From contig JBGANV010000005.1 of the NCBI GenBank assembly GCA_044222185.1, forward strand, positions 402,425-466,424: a DNA stretch of 64,000 nt, given 5' to 3'. Source of the DNA: Planctomycetota bacterium (lineage in GTDB: Bacteria > Planctomycetota > GCA-002687715 > CAIWVZ01). The notes under the pieces are model-generated. The model was not told the DNA's origin and searched no databases. It saw only the letters and a program-made list of their open reading frames with translations. Each line of letters opens with the position of its first letter. Position 1 is the stretch's first letter. Below are positions 10,331 to 19,511 of this stretch, one piece after another. The translations under genes were made by a program, and so were the position numbers.

Positions 10331-11277
10331 GTGGGAATCAGGTCGACTCGGGCATGGATGGGCATCGGAGCCATCGTCGCGGCGATCGCCGTCTTGGCGT
10401 GGCTGGCGTGGCTGGCGTGGCTGGCGTGGTTGGCGTGGCCGGGCGGCGATGCACCGGCCGCCCAAGAGACCTATGGCCCGAAAGCGCCCGCAGAGCGCCT
10501 GATCCTCTCCGCAAGTTGCATCTCCTACGACGAGCCGCGCGAGGCCGACATCCCGTTCAAGCCGCTGGCGGATGTCGCGCCGCCCGGGTCGTTGGACCTG
10601 GGGACGATCGTCATCCACGAGTCGCGGGTGGTGGCGGCCGGCCAGGTCGTCGACCAGGACGGCAAGCCAGTCGGGGGCGTGCAGGTCGAGGTCGCGACCC
10701 AGGCCGCCATTCCGTCGGCCGAACCCTCTGAGTTCTCGCCAGTTCCACCGCCTGAGCTTCGAGCCTCGACGAACTACGATGGGACCTTCGTGATCCACGG
10801 TCACGCGACGACTCCGACGATCACGCTGCGCGCTTCCCGGCTCGGCCTTCCCGACCAGCGCCCGATCGCCGTCGACGTCGGTTCACGAGCCGTCCGCGAA
10901 GGGGTCACCTCCGACCTGACGGTGGTGCTGAAACACAGCCTGACCGTCACCGTTCGGATCACGAATCTCCCGAGCCTTCGCGAGACCGTTCAGGCGTACC
11001 TTCGTCTCTCGCCGTCACACGCCGAGCCGGCGCTGAACGCTCTGGCACCGAAGAACGGTGGGGGGAGCTGGGGCGCGTCGACTCGCCGGGAGAATCCACG
11101 TGGCTGGTCGACCGCCCGGGCATCCATGTCGTCGAGCTCACGCTCAACCGTGGATCGCTGACGTCCATCGAACGCGGCACGATCGACGTCACCGAACCCG
11201 ACGGCGCGACGGCCGAGTTCCGCCTCACCGACGCTCAGCGCGCGCTACTGGTCGGGCCCACGCCGGCGCGTCGATAG
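10331..11277 (+). pseudogene. Shorter paralog of 7609-10272, interrupted by a frameshift near 11040-11070
   Basis: Shares DLGTIV..VVAAG.VVD.DG.PV.G and V.I.NLP with the upstream gene. After the G6 tract (11060-11065) the -1 frame reads PGIHVVELTL...AEFRLTDAQRALL to TAG 11277, matching upstream PGTYRVSLTL...ATFRLTDEQVKEIL. Confidence 0.7.
10394..10438 (+). repeat. 9-bp tandem repeat (YTGGCGTGG)x5 encoding LAW repeats in the membrane anchor
   Basis: ttggcgtgg ctggcgtgg ctggcgtgg ctggcgtgg ttggcgtgg read directly. Confidence 0.9.
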
Positions 11278-11286
11278 CATGGCACG

Positions 11287-13437
11287 ATGACCGGCTTTCA
11301 GATTGCGATGGTCGTGATCGGCGTCGCCGTCCTCGCGTGGCTCTACGAGCGATGGCGCGCGGGGCGCGGGCAGGATCCGACGCGCGCTCCCATCTCCGGC
11401 GGCGAGTACCTCACGCCACCGAGTCCGTGGGTGAAGCCGGGTGCGAGCGTGACCGTCGCCGGTTTCGTGATCCCGGACGGCATGATCTACGTGGGCTCGC
11501 GGCTCTCCCGCGTCGCCGGTGGCGACAAGCCGGACCCGGCGTTGATCGACCCGGCGCTGCCCGTCGATCGGAAGCACCCGGACCGCCAGGGCGACGACCT
11601 CTCGCCGTCGCCGAGCTACGCCGCGCTCTCGCCCGCGGGACGCGCCGCCTTCCTCGAATGGCTCGCGGGTGGCCGCGCGGCGCCCGAGATGCCGGCCGGC
11701 TACGTCCAGCTCGCGTTCTTCGCCATCGAGCGCCGCGTGCTTCACGAGACCGCGGACGTCCGTGCCAGCGGCGAATGGCCCGCGCTGCGTCGCGAGGTCG
11801 AACGTCTCGAAGCGCTCTACGGCGGGCACCGCGCATTCGCCCGTCGCTGCCGTGAGTTCCTCGACGTCGCCGTGCCGCTGCTGCAGGCTGCGGCGCTCGA
11901 GGACCTGCGCCCCGAGGCCCTCGGCGACGGCGTCTCGCCCACGACCCGTCTCGCGGTGCTCGGGCGCTTCGCCGCCAGCGGTCGCCCGCTTCCTCCATCC
12001 TGGGCGTTCGACTGGCTCACGCACCAGGAGGATGCGCCGCTCTCGAAGACCGCGGAGCGATGTCTGCCGGAGCTGCGCACGCTCTTCGGGCTGCGCTACG
12101 CGGCGACGTTCGGCGACGGGTTGCGAGTCGCCCCGTCGACGACTCCGCTCGCCGTGCAGTATCGGCCTGCGAGTCGCACGTTCGGCGGCGAGATCGAGAT
12201 CGGGCTCGGCGTTCCCGACTCGACGGCATCCGCCGTGGCCCTCCGTCCGCTGCGCGCGCTCTTCGAGTCCTGCCTGACCGATCTCGAAGCGCTCGGCCGA
12301 TGGCTCGGACGGAACCCCGACGGACGCCAGTCGCCACAAGCCATCGCCCTCCTCCCGGCCGAGTTGCTCACTCGCGAGACGCCCGCCGCGCTCCGCCCCC
12401 TGCTCGATCTGGCGACGCGCATCACGGCGGGCGACGTCGTCGGGACGATCGCAGGTCGCATGGTCCTCGACGTCTGGCCGGGCGCCGCCGACGGCAAACT
12501 CTCGAAGGCCGAAGCCGTGACGCTCGCGCGCGTCCTCGAATCGCACGGATTCGGCGTCGTGCCCGACGTGCGCTTCGGACAGCCGCCGCTGAACGCGGGG
12601 ATGACGGCGGCGATGTTCAAGCTTCCGCCGAATGCCCCTTCCGCGCCCACGGCCGACTTCGCCGCGGCGTCGCTCCTCGTGGAGATGGCGGCCGCAGTCG
12701 GCGCCGCCGACGGCACCGTCTCTCCGGCCGAACTCCGCCACGTGGAGGGTCATCTCGCGCTCGGGCTCAAGCTGTCACGCGGCGAGCAACCGCGCCTGTT
12801 GGCGCAGCTCCAATGGCTCGCGGCGGATCCGCCCAAGCTCTCGACCATCCGCCGGCGGGCGTCGCAGATCGATGCGAGCCGCCGGACGGACGTGGCCCGC
12901 TTCCTCTTGGACGTGGCCGCCAGCGACGGACAGCTCGAGCGCAACGAGATCGCGCTCCTCGAACACGCCTATGCCGCGCTCGGCCTTCCCGCGGAGGCGC
13001 TCCACCGCGACCTCCACGCCCGCACGCTCGGCACCGAGACGAAGGCGCCCACGGCCGGCGGACTCACGCTCGACACGGACGTGATCGCCGCGAAGATCCG
13101 CGAGAGCGCCGCCGCGTCGGCGATCCTCGGGCAGATCTTCGCCGAAGCGGAGGCGGCGCCGCCCGCGCCGCCACCCGCGCCCGCGACGACGACGATCCCC
13201 GGCCTGGACGGGCGCCACGCCACGCTGTTCACGCAGCTCGCGGCCAGGACGTCGTGGCCCCGTGCGGAGGTCGACGCACTTTGTCGCGCGCTCGGCTTGA
13301 TGCCGGACGGCGCCATCGAGATCCTCAACGACGCCGCGATCGAGCGCTCGGGTCAGCCGTTGTGTGACGGCGAGGATCCGATCGTCGTCGACGCCGCCGT
13401 AGCCCGGGAGATGCAGTCGTGCCCGACCCAGTCGTGA
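11287..13437 (+). CDS. sngA: Shango-type defence protein A (TM + TerB-N + TerB + TerB-C domains)
   Basis: W.KPG.SVTVAG..IP.GMIYVG, PALIDP.L, PSY..LSP..R.A.L.WLA.GR (TerB-N); AADG.V...E (TerB); LD..H..L ... GLMPDGAIE.LND (TerB-C); followed by an ATPase and an Lhr-like helicase. Confidence 0.85.
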   Translation: MTGFQIAMVVIGVAVLAWLYERWRAGRGQDPTRAPISGGEYLTPPSPWVKPGASVTVAGFVIPDGMIYVGSRLSRVAGGDKPDPALIDPALPVDRKHPDRQGDDLSPSPSYAALSPAGRAAFLEWLAGGRAAPEMPAGYVQLAFFAIERRVLHETADVRASGEWPALRREVERLEALYGGHRAFARRCREFLDVAVPLLQAAALEDLRPEALGDGVSPTTRLAVLGRFAASGRPLPPSWAFDWLTHQEDAPLSKTAERCLPELRTLFGLRYAATFGDGLRVAPSTTPLAVQYRPASRTFGGEIEIGLGVPDSTASAVALRPLRALFESCLTDLEALGRWLGRNPDGRQSPQAIALLPAELLTRETPAALRPLLDLATRITAGDVVGTIAGRMVLDVWPGAADGKLSKAEAVTLARVLESHGFGVVPDVRFGQPPLNAGMTAAMFKLPPNAPSAPTADFAAASLLVEMAAAVGAADGTVSPAELRHVEGHLALGLKLSRGEQPRLLAQLQWLAADPPKLSTIRRRASQIDASRRTDVARFLLDVAASDGQLERNEIALLEHAYAALGLPAEALHRDLHARTLGTETKAPTAGGLTLDTDVIAAKIRESAAASAILGQIFAEAEAAPPAPPPAPATTTIPGLDGRHATLFTQLAARTSWPRAEVDALCRALGLMPDGAIEILNDAAIERSGQPLCDGEDPIVVDAAVAREMQSCPTQS

Positions 13438-14762
13438 TCCGGCCGAAGGACCGCGATGCCGTCATCCAGTCGCTTCGCGCCGGCGTCGTTCCCCGCGCGG
13501 GTCAGCACCTGATCCAGGTGGGACGCGTCGCCGAGATCCAGGAGATGGTGCGCGACATCGACCGCCTCGCCGACGGCGGCGCGGCGATCCGGTTCATCAT
13601 CGGCGACTACGGAGCCGGAAAGACGTTCTTCCTCCACCTCGTGCGCGCCGTCGCCATGGAGAAGAAGCTCGTCACGGCTCACGCCGATCTCACGCCCGAT
13701 CGCCGCCTGCAATCCAGCGGAGGCCAGGCCCGTGGCCTCTACGCCGAACTGATGCGCAACGTGGCGACGCGGGCCAAGCCCGACGGCGGCGCGCTGTCGA
13801 GCGTCGTCGAGAAGTTCGTCGCGTCCACGACGGCGGAGGCACAGACCCGTGGCGTCAAGCCCGACGTGGTCATCCACGAGAAGCTCGCGGACCTGACGGA
13901 GATGGTGGGCGGGTTCGACTTCGCGCAGGTGATCGCGGCCTACTGGCGCGCCCACGACACGGGCGACGAGGTGCTGAAGTCGAACGCGATCCGATGGCTG
14001 CGGGGCGAGTTCACGACGCGGACGGATGCGCGCAACGCGCTCGGCGTCCGCGCGTTCATCGACGACAACGGGTTCTACGACTACCTGAAGCTGTTCGCGC
14101 GATTCGTGCGACACGCCGGGTACGCGGGGCTGCTCGTCTGCCTCGACGAGTTGGTGAACCTGTACAAGATCACGAGTCCGCAATCGCGCGCCGGCAACTA
14201 CGAGCAGGTGCTGCGCATCCTGAACGACAGTCTGCAAGGAATCGCCGTGGGCCTGGGCTTCGTGCTGTGCGGCACACCGGAGTCGCTGACGGATACGCGC
14301 CGCGGATTGTTCAGCTATCCCGCGCTCCAGTCGCGCCTCGCGGAGAACGCGTTCGCGAAGGCGGGGCTCGTGGACTTGTCGGGCCCCGTGATCCGGCTCG
14401 CGGCCCTGTCGGCGGAGGACCTGTACGTGCTCCTGGCGAAGGTGCGGCGCGTGTTCACGAGCGACGACCCGCTCTCGACGTTGCTGCCGGACGACGGCAT
14501 CCGCGCGTTCATGGCGCATTGCTCGAAACGGATCGGCGACTCCTACTTCCGCACGCCGCGCAGCACCGTTCGCGAGTTCGTGAACCTGCTGGCGATCCTC
14601 GAACAGAATCCCAAGGCATCGTGGCGCGAGCTGGTGGACGCCGTCGAGTTCAAGCCGGACGTGAATCCCGATCTGACGCCGCCGCCCGATGATCCCGCCC
14701 AGCCGCCGCCGGCGCCGCCCACACCGGGACCTCGCGATGACCTCGCCTCCTTCAAACTCTGA
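13419..14762 (+). CDS. sngB: Shango-type defence protein B, DUF2791/BrxD-like P-loop ATPase
   Basis: IQSLRAGVVPR.G, Walker A GDYGAGKT, Walker B LLVCLDE, YPALQSRL, FRTPR; overlaps the upstream stop. Confidence 0.88.
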   Translation: MPDPVVIRPKDRDAVIQSLRAGVVPRAGQHLIQVGRVAEIQEMVRDIDRLADGGAAIRFIIGDYGAGKTFFLHLVRAVAMEKKLVTAHADLTPDRRLQSSGGQARGLYAELMRNVATRAKPDGGALSSVVEKFVASTTAEAQTRGVKPDVVIHEKLADLTEMVGGFDFAQVIAAYWRAHDTGDEVLKSNAIRWLRGEFTTRTDARNALGVRAFIDDNGFYDYLKLFARFVRHAGYAGLLVCLDELVNLYKITSPQSRAGNYEQVLRILNDSLQGIAVGLGFVLCGTPESLTDTRRGLFSYPALQSRLAENAFAKAGLVDLSGPVIRLAALSAEDLYVLLAKVRRVFTSDDPLSTLLPDDGIRAFMAHCSKRIGDSYFRTPRSTVREFVNLLAILEQNPKASWRELVDAVEFKPDVNPDLTPPPDDPAQPPPAPPTPGPRDDLASFKL

Positions 14763-16947
14763 CGCTGGCGACGCGCCTCGCGAGTCGGCGTACTTCCAGC
14801 TCGACGAGCGCATCCAGCGGTGGGTGTGGGAGCAACGCTGGGACGACCTGCGGCCGATCCAGGAGATGTCCATCCCGGCGATCCTCGCCGGGGATCGGGA
14901 CGTGATCCTCTCGGCGGCGACCGCCGCGGGAAAGACCGAGGCGGCGTTCCTCCCGATCTGCTCGCGCATCGTGGATGCGGAGGGCCCTGGGATCCGCGCG
15001 CTCTACGTGGGGCCGCTGAAGGCGCTCATCAACGACCAGTTCGGCCGGCTGGAGCTCTTGTGCGAGCACTTGCATATCCCCGTCCACCGCTGGCACGGCG
15101 ACGTCGACGCGTCGGCGAAGGAACGCGCGATGAAGGATCCGCGGGGCATCCTTCTGATCACGCCGGAGTCGCTGGAGGCGAGGCTCGTCCTGTCGTCGGG
15201 CGTCCTTCGGAACATGCTCGCGCCGATTCAGTACGTCGTGATCGATGAGTTGCATGCATTCATCGGAACGGAGCGCGGACGGCATCTCCAATCGCTGGTG
15301 CACAGGTTGGATCTGCTCGTTCAGCGATCCCCGCCTCGCATCGGGCTATCGGCCACGCTCGGCGACATGGAGCTGGCGGCGAACTTCCTGCGGCCCGGGC
15401 GGGGCGGGGAAGTCGTCGTCGCGAATCCACCGAGCGTGAAAGCGGAGAAGAAGATCCAGGTTCGCGGATACGCGGCGGCGCTTCCGCCCCGGGGTGCGGA
15501 GGACGTCGGCGCGCGCGATGCCATCGCCACGCACCTCTTCGAGAAGCTGCGGGGCAAGAACAACCTCGTGTTCGCGGACTCGCGTCGCGACGTCGAGAGT
15601 CTGGCCGACGCGTTGCGCGTGATCTCCGAGACGCGCGGAGTTCCCAACGAGTTCTTCGCGCACCACGGATCTCTCGACCGCGATCACCGCGAGCGGCTCG
15701 AGCAGCGCCTGAAGGCCGGTCGAGAGCCCACGACTGCGATCTGCACGAGCACGCTCGAGATGGGGATCGACATCGGCTCGGTCGAGAGCGTCGCGCAGGT
15801 GGGAGTGCCTCATGGCGTGGCATCGCTCCAGCAGCGCATGGGACGCTCGGGCCGCAAGCCGGGCAAGGCGGCGACGCTCCGCGTCTACGTCACGGAGGCG
15901 GCCGCGCGCACCGATGCGGATCCGCAGGACGCACTGCGCGAGCAACTCGTGCAGGCGATCGCCGTGGTGCAGCTGCTGTTGGAGAAGTGGTATGAGCCGC
16001 CGCGACACGGTGCGCTGCACCTCTCGACGCTGGTTCACCAGATTCTGGCCTTCATCGCCCAGCAGGAGGGCGCGACGGCGGCGCGTCTTCACGACGTGCT
16101 GTGCAAGACCGGCCCGTTCGCTGCAGTGACGCCGTCGGTGTTCGCGGAACTTCTACGCGGGCTCGGTGCGCGGCAGGTCCTCATGCAGGCGCCGGACGGA
16201 CTCCTGCTGCTCGGACAAGAGGGCGAGAGCCTCGTCGGTCACCACACGTTCTTCTCCGTGTTCCAGACGCGCGAGGAGTTCCGGGTCGTATGCGGAGGCG
16301 ACGTGCTGGGTTCGCTGCCGGTCGAGCAGCATCTGCTTGCGATCGGCGAGTGCCTGCTGTTCGCCGGGCGGCCCTGGCAGATCACGAACGTGGATGAGGA
16401 CGCGCGGGTGATCGAGGTCCGGTCGGCGCCGCGGGGACGGGCGCCGCGATTCGCCGGGGGTGTGGGCTTCGTGCACGATCGCGTGCGCGCTCGCATGCGC
16501 GAGATCTACGCGGGTTCGGACGAGCCGATCTTCCTCGACGACGGCGGCGTGGCACTCCTGCGGGACGCGCGCGTGGCGTGGCGCTCGCTCGGTCTCGACG
16601 CGGCCTCCGTGATCGACTGGCGCGGCGACGTGCTCGTCTACACCTGGTGCGGCGACGTCATCGCGAACACGCTGGCGTTGATGCTGCGGCAAGGCGGGCT
16701 GTCGGTCGTACCCCACGGTGCTGCGGTTCGCTGCCAAGGCACGACCGTCGCCGCCGTCGTGGATGAGCTGGCCGCGCTTGCCGCGAACCCGCCGCCGGAC
16801 GCTCCGTCTCTCGCGGTTCTCGCCGACGCCCTCGAACGCGAGAAGTTCGACTCGCTCGTCCCCCCGACGCTCCTCGCGCGTGACTACGCTTCGCGTCACC
16901 TGGACGTGCCCGGTGCCCTCTCGGCCGTCGCCAAACTGACCCGGTAA
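14737..16947 (+). CDS. sngC: Shango-type defence protein C, Lhr-like SF2 DEAD/DEAH helicase
   Basis: TAAGKTEAA, PLKALINDQ, TPESLE, DELH, SAT, TSTLEMGIDIG, QRMGRSGR; ATG 14737 overlaps the end of sngB. Confidence 0.88.
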   Translation: MTSPPSNSDAGDAPRESAYFQLDERIQRWVWEQRWDDLRPIQEMSIPAILAGDRDVILSAATAAGKTEAAFLPICSRIVDAEGPGIRALYVGPLKALINDQFGRLELLCEHLHIPVHRWHGDVDASAKERAMKDPRGILLITPESLEARLVLSSGVLRNMLAPIQYVVIDELHAFIGTERGRHLQSLVHRLDLLVQRSPPRIGLSATLGDMELAANFLRPGRGGEVVVANPPSVKAEKKIQVRGYAAALPPRGAEDVGARDAIATHLFEKLRGKNNLVFADSRRDVESLADALRVISETRGVPNEFFAHHGSLDRDHRERLEQRLKAGREPTTAICTSTLEMGIDIGSVESVAQVGVPHGVASLQQRMGRSGRKPGKAATLRVYVTEAAARTDADPQDALREQLVQAIAVVQLLLEKWYEPPRHGALHLSTLVHQILAFIAQQEGATAARLHDVLCKTGPFAAVTPSVFAELLRGLGARQVLMQAPDGLLLLGQEGESLVGHHTFFSVFQTREEFRVVCGGDVLGSLPVEQHLLAIGECLLFAGRPWQITNVDEDARVIEVRSAPRGRAPRFAGGVGFVHDRVRARMREIYAGSDEPIFLDDGGVALLRDARVAWRSLGLDAASVIDWRGDVLVYTWCGDVIANTLALMLRQGGLSVVPHGAAVRCQGTTVAAVVDELAALAANPPPDAPSLAVLADALEREKFDSLVPPTLLARDYASRHLDVPGALSAVAKLTR

Positions 16948-16955
16948 ACGGCTTC

Positions 16956-17370
16956 GCGGAACGCTCGGTTCTGCCCTGCCGGGCGGCGGGGCTCGGCTCC
17001 GCTGGAATGGCGACCGCCGGACTTCATCGGACGGCTGGGCCGGCGGCGCGCGGTCGAGGGATGGGGGCTGCTGCGGGTCGTCGCGGGTCGTCGCGGGTCG
17101 CTGCGGGCTGCCGCCAGCCGCCGCGCAGGCAGGGCGGAGCCCTGCCATCCGGCCGGGTGAAACCCGGCGCTCCGGAGAGCGGAACGCTCGGTTCTGCCCG
17201 GCCGGGAGCGGCGGGGCTCGGCTCCGCTGGAATGGCGACCGCCGGACTTCATCGGACGGCTCGGCCGGCTGCGCGCGATCGACGGATGGGGGCTGCCGAA
17301 GGTCGCCGCAGGCCGCCGCGCAGGCAGGGCGGAGCCCTGCCGTCCGGCCGGGTGAAACCCGGCGCTCCGG
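16956..17370. repeat. Two imperfect direct copies (16956-17175, 17179-17370) of a ~200 bp palindrome-rich REP/MITE-like element
   Basis: Both copies carry gcggaacgctcggttctgccc, gctccgctggaatggcgaccgccggacttcatcggacggct, and the hairpins gcagggcggagccctgc and gccgggtgaaacccggc. Confidence 0.85.
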
Positions 17371-17439
17371 TCCGGTATCGCCCGGGGGAAGTCCCGGTAT
17401 TGGATTCGCCAGGTCGATCGTCCGAGAATCAGGACCCTC

Positions 17440-17997
17440 ATGACCATGTCGGACGCCGACCTCGTTCACGCCGTGCGAACGGGGTGGCGCGAAGCCTATG
17501 ACGAGCTCATCCGCCGCTACGCGGGACGGGTGCGGTCCGCCTGCTTTGCGCGGGTCGGCGTGCGAGGCCCAGTGGATGACCTGGCCGCGGACGCATTCCT
17601 GCGCGCACTTCGCGCGATCAACACGCTCTCGAACCCGGACCTCTTCGGTAACTGGCTTCATGGCATCGCTGTCAAGACGTGTCTCGACTGGATCAAGGCG
17701 CCCGCGAACAAGCAGGTGCCGTTCTCGGTCCTCGACTCGACGGGCGAGACTCTCGGCAACATCCCCGGACCGCTCGCGGCGAGGCCGGAAGAGCTCGAGG
17801 AGCGGCAGCGGCTGTGGCGCGAGATCGAGGCCCTGCCCGAGATCTATCGAGAGACCCTCGTCATGTTCTACTTCGACGAGCTGAGCTACGTGGACATCGG
17901 AGCCACGCTCGGGGTCACGCCCGCGGCCATCAACGCCCGACTGACGAAGGCGCGCGCCATGCTGCGCCGCCGCCTCACCCCAGGACGAACACCATGA
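17440..17997 (+). CDS. ECF-family RNA polymerase sigma factor
   Basis: Region 2 (DLV..G..AY.ELIRRY, DDLA.DAFLRA, F..WL.GI) and region 4 (LP..YRE, LSY.DI..LG, ARL..AR..LR). Confidence 0.92.
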   Translation: MTMSDADLVHAVRTGWREAYDELIRRYAGRVRSACFARVGVRGPVDDLAADAFLRALRAINTLSNPDLFGNWLHGIAVKTCLDWIKAPANKQVPFSVLDSTGETLGNIPGPLAARPEELEERQRLWREIEALPEIYRETLVMFYFDELSYVDIGATLGVTPAAINARLTKARAMLRRRLTPGRTP

Positions 17998-19316
17998 GCT
18001 GCGAATTCGAGAACAGGATCGACGCGTTCGTCGACGGGCAACTCGGCGACGAGCAGGCCGCGACGTTCGCGCGCCACATCGAGGAGTGCGCCGGGTGCGC
18101 GGCACTCACCGAGCAGTTGCGCGCATTCGACGGCGAGCTGCGCGCCGGCTTCCGACCCTGGCGCACGTCCCACGAAGGGTTCGCCGAGCGCACCGCGCAC
18201 GCAGCCCGCGAGGTGACGCCCCTGGCGCGCAAACGCCCGTGGCTGGCGCCCGTGGCGGCCGCCGCCATCGGGTTCTTCGGCGGGTGGATCGCCTTCCACG
18301 GGAGCAGCCGGCACCTGCCGCCCGCCGATCCCATGATCGCGGGCGGCAGCGCAGCCACGTTCGCGCGCCTCTCCGTCAGCACCGGCACCGTCGAAATCCA
18401 ACGCCCTCGTGAATCCGAGTGGACGCCGCTACCCCGCGAAGGCTCCGTCCCCGCTGGCAGCCACATCAGGACTTCCGATCACGCCAAGGGCGTGGTCACG
18501 TTCGCGGATGGCTCGGAGATCCGCATCGATGCGGGGACCGAAGTGAGCGTCGCCTCGAACCGCGCGGTGGACGTGCCGCGGGGTCGGATCTTCCTCCGCG
18601 CAACGGCGGCATCCCAGCCGTTCTCGATCGTGACGCTGGACGGCCGCGTGACGACACTCGGAGCACGCATCGACGTGACCTGCCTGCCGGAACCGACGCT
18701 CAGCGCATCCGACGGCGAAGTGACGCCTCCTGGCACCACCGTCCTCGTCGTCGACGGCACGGCATTCAATGGACCAACGACCATTCCCGCGGGTTTCGAG
18801 TGCCGGATGGAGGACGGCACGTGCCACACGCCGCGTCGCGCCACGGACCCGCTCGTCGCGACGAGTTGGATCCACGAGTTGCTCGCGGCCGCCCCCCAGA
18901 ATCCCGAGCTCGACCAGCGGCTGTCGGCGCTGCTCGATCGCCTCGCTCGAGACGTCACCGATCCGCGGGTCGAAGCCGAGCTGCGCGCCGTGGGCGATCA
19001 AGCGCTGCCGGCACTCGCTCGCTTCATCGAGACGAACGCCACCCGCGAACGTTCGGCGAACCGCTGCCGGGCCGTGACGATCCTGGCGGACCTCGCGGAC
19101 GTCACCGTCGTGTGCAATCTGCTGTCCCTGCTCGCCGACTCGGATCCCGAGGTCCGCGCCGAATCGTCGCGCGGTCTGCGCCGTCTCACGGGTGAAACGC
19201 TCGGCTTCGACGACACGTACTGGCTCGGGCCGGATACTTCGGCAGGTCTGACCGCGTGGAACTCCTACCTGCGACGTCCGGGCTCGGTCTGGAATCGCTG
19301 CCAGAGCAGCCGATAG
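17994..19316 (+). CDS. Anti-sigma factor (ZAS zinc finger, TM, FecR-like, HEAT-like C-terminus)
   Basis: ATGA overlap with the sigma gene; HIEECAGC (HxxxCxxC); TM helix; F.DGS.IRID..T FecR-like segment; L.D.DPEVR HEAT-like segment. Confidence 0.85.
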   Translation: MSCEFENRIDAFVDGQLGDEQAATFARHIEECAGCAALTEQLRAFDGELRAGFRPWRTSHEGFAERTAHAAREVTPLARKRPWLAPVAAAAIGFFGGWIAFHGSSRHLPPADPMIAGGSAATFARLSVSTGTVEIQRPRESEWTPLPREGSVPAGSHIRTSDHAKGVVTFADGSEIRIDAGTEVSVASNRAVDVPRGRIFLRATAASQPFSIVTLDGRVTTLGARIDVTCLPEPTLSASDGEVTPPGTTVLVVDGTAFNGPTTIPAGFECRMEDGTCHTPRRATDPLVATSWIHELLAAAPQNPELDQRLSALLDRLARDVTDPRVEAELRAVGDQALPALARFIETNATRERSANRCRAVTILADLADVTVVCNLLSLLADSDPEVRAESSRGLRRLTGETLGFDDTYWLGPDTSAGLTAWNSYLRRPGSVWNRCQSSR

Positions 19317-19409
19317 CCGGTTCGAATCGGACGGGGCCCGGCGCTCCGGTTTGCGGGCCGGCACGACGCCGCGCCGAGCCGCCCGACGGCCCGCGCATGG
19401 CCAGGAGCG

Positions 19410-19438
19410 TTGACGTTCGCGGAACCCCCGGCCATGAT
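19410..19438 (+). promoter_or_regulatory. Candidate sigma70-type promoter for the giant regulator
   Basis: TTGACG-N17-CATGAT about 75 bp upstream of the GTG at 19512. Confidence 0.4.
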
Positions 19439-19511
19439 GCCCGACCGCGTGGCTCGACGCTCCACCGCATTCGCGATGCGTCGATCCGGCCGCGCACGAA
19501 GGGGACCGCCA

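Noticed and set aside
11280-11296. TGGCACG as a sigma54 -24 element before sngA
   Set aside because: No GC at the -12 position, and it overlaps the start codon
13419-16947. BREX type 2 (BrxD + BrxHI) assignment
   Set aside because: No pglX, pglZ, pglW or brxC nearby; the TerB-domain partner points to Shango
16956-17370. Possible CRISPR array
   Set aside because: Only two ~200 bp units, no short repeat with unique spacers, and no cas genes; the Cas4-like nuclease motifs in the window belong to AddAB
16153-18105. 650 aa minus-strand ORF with internal repeats
   Set aside because: The repeats simply translate the non-coding DNA duplication, and it overlaps two well-supported + strand genes
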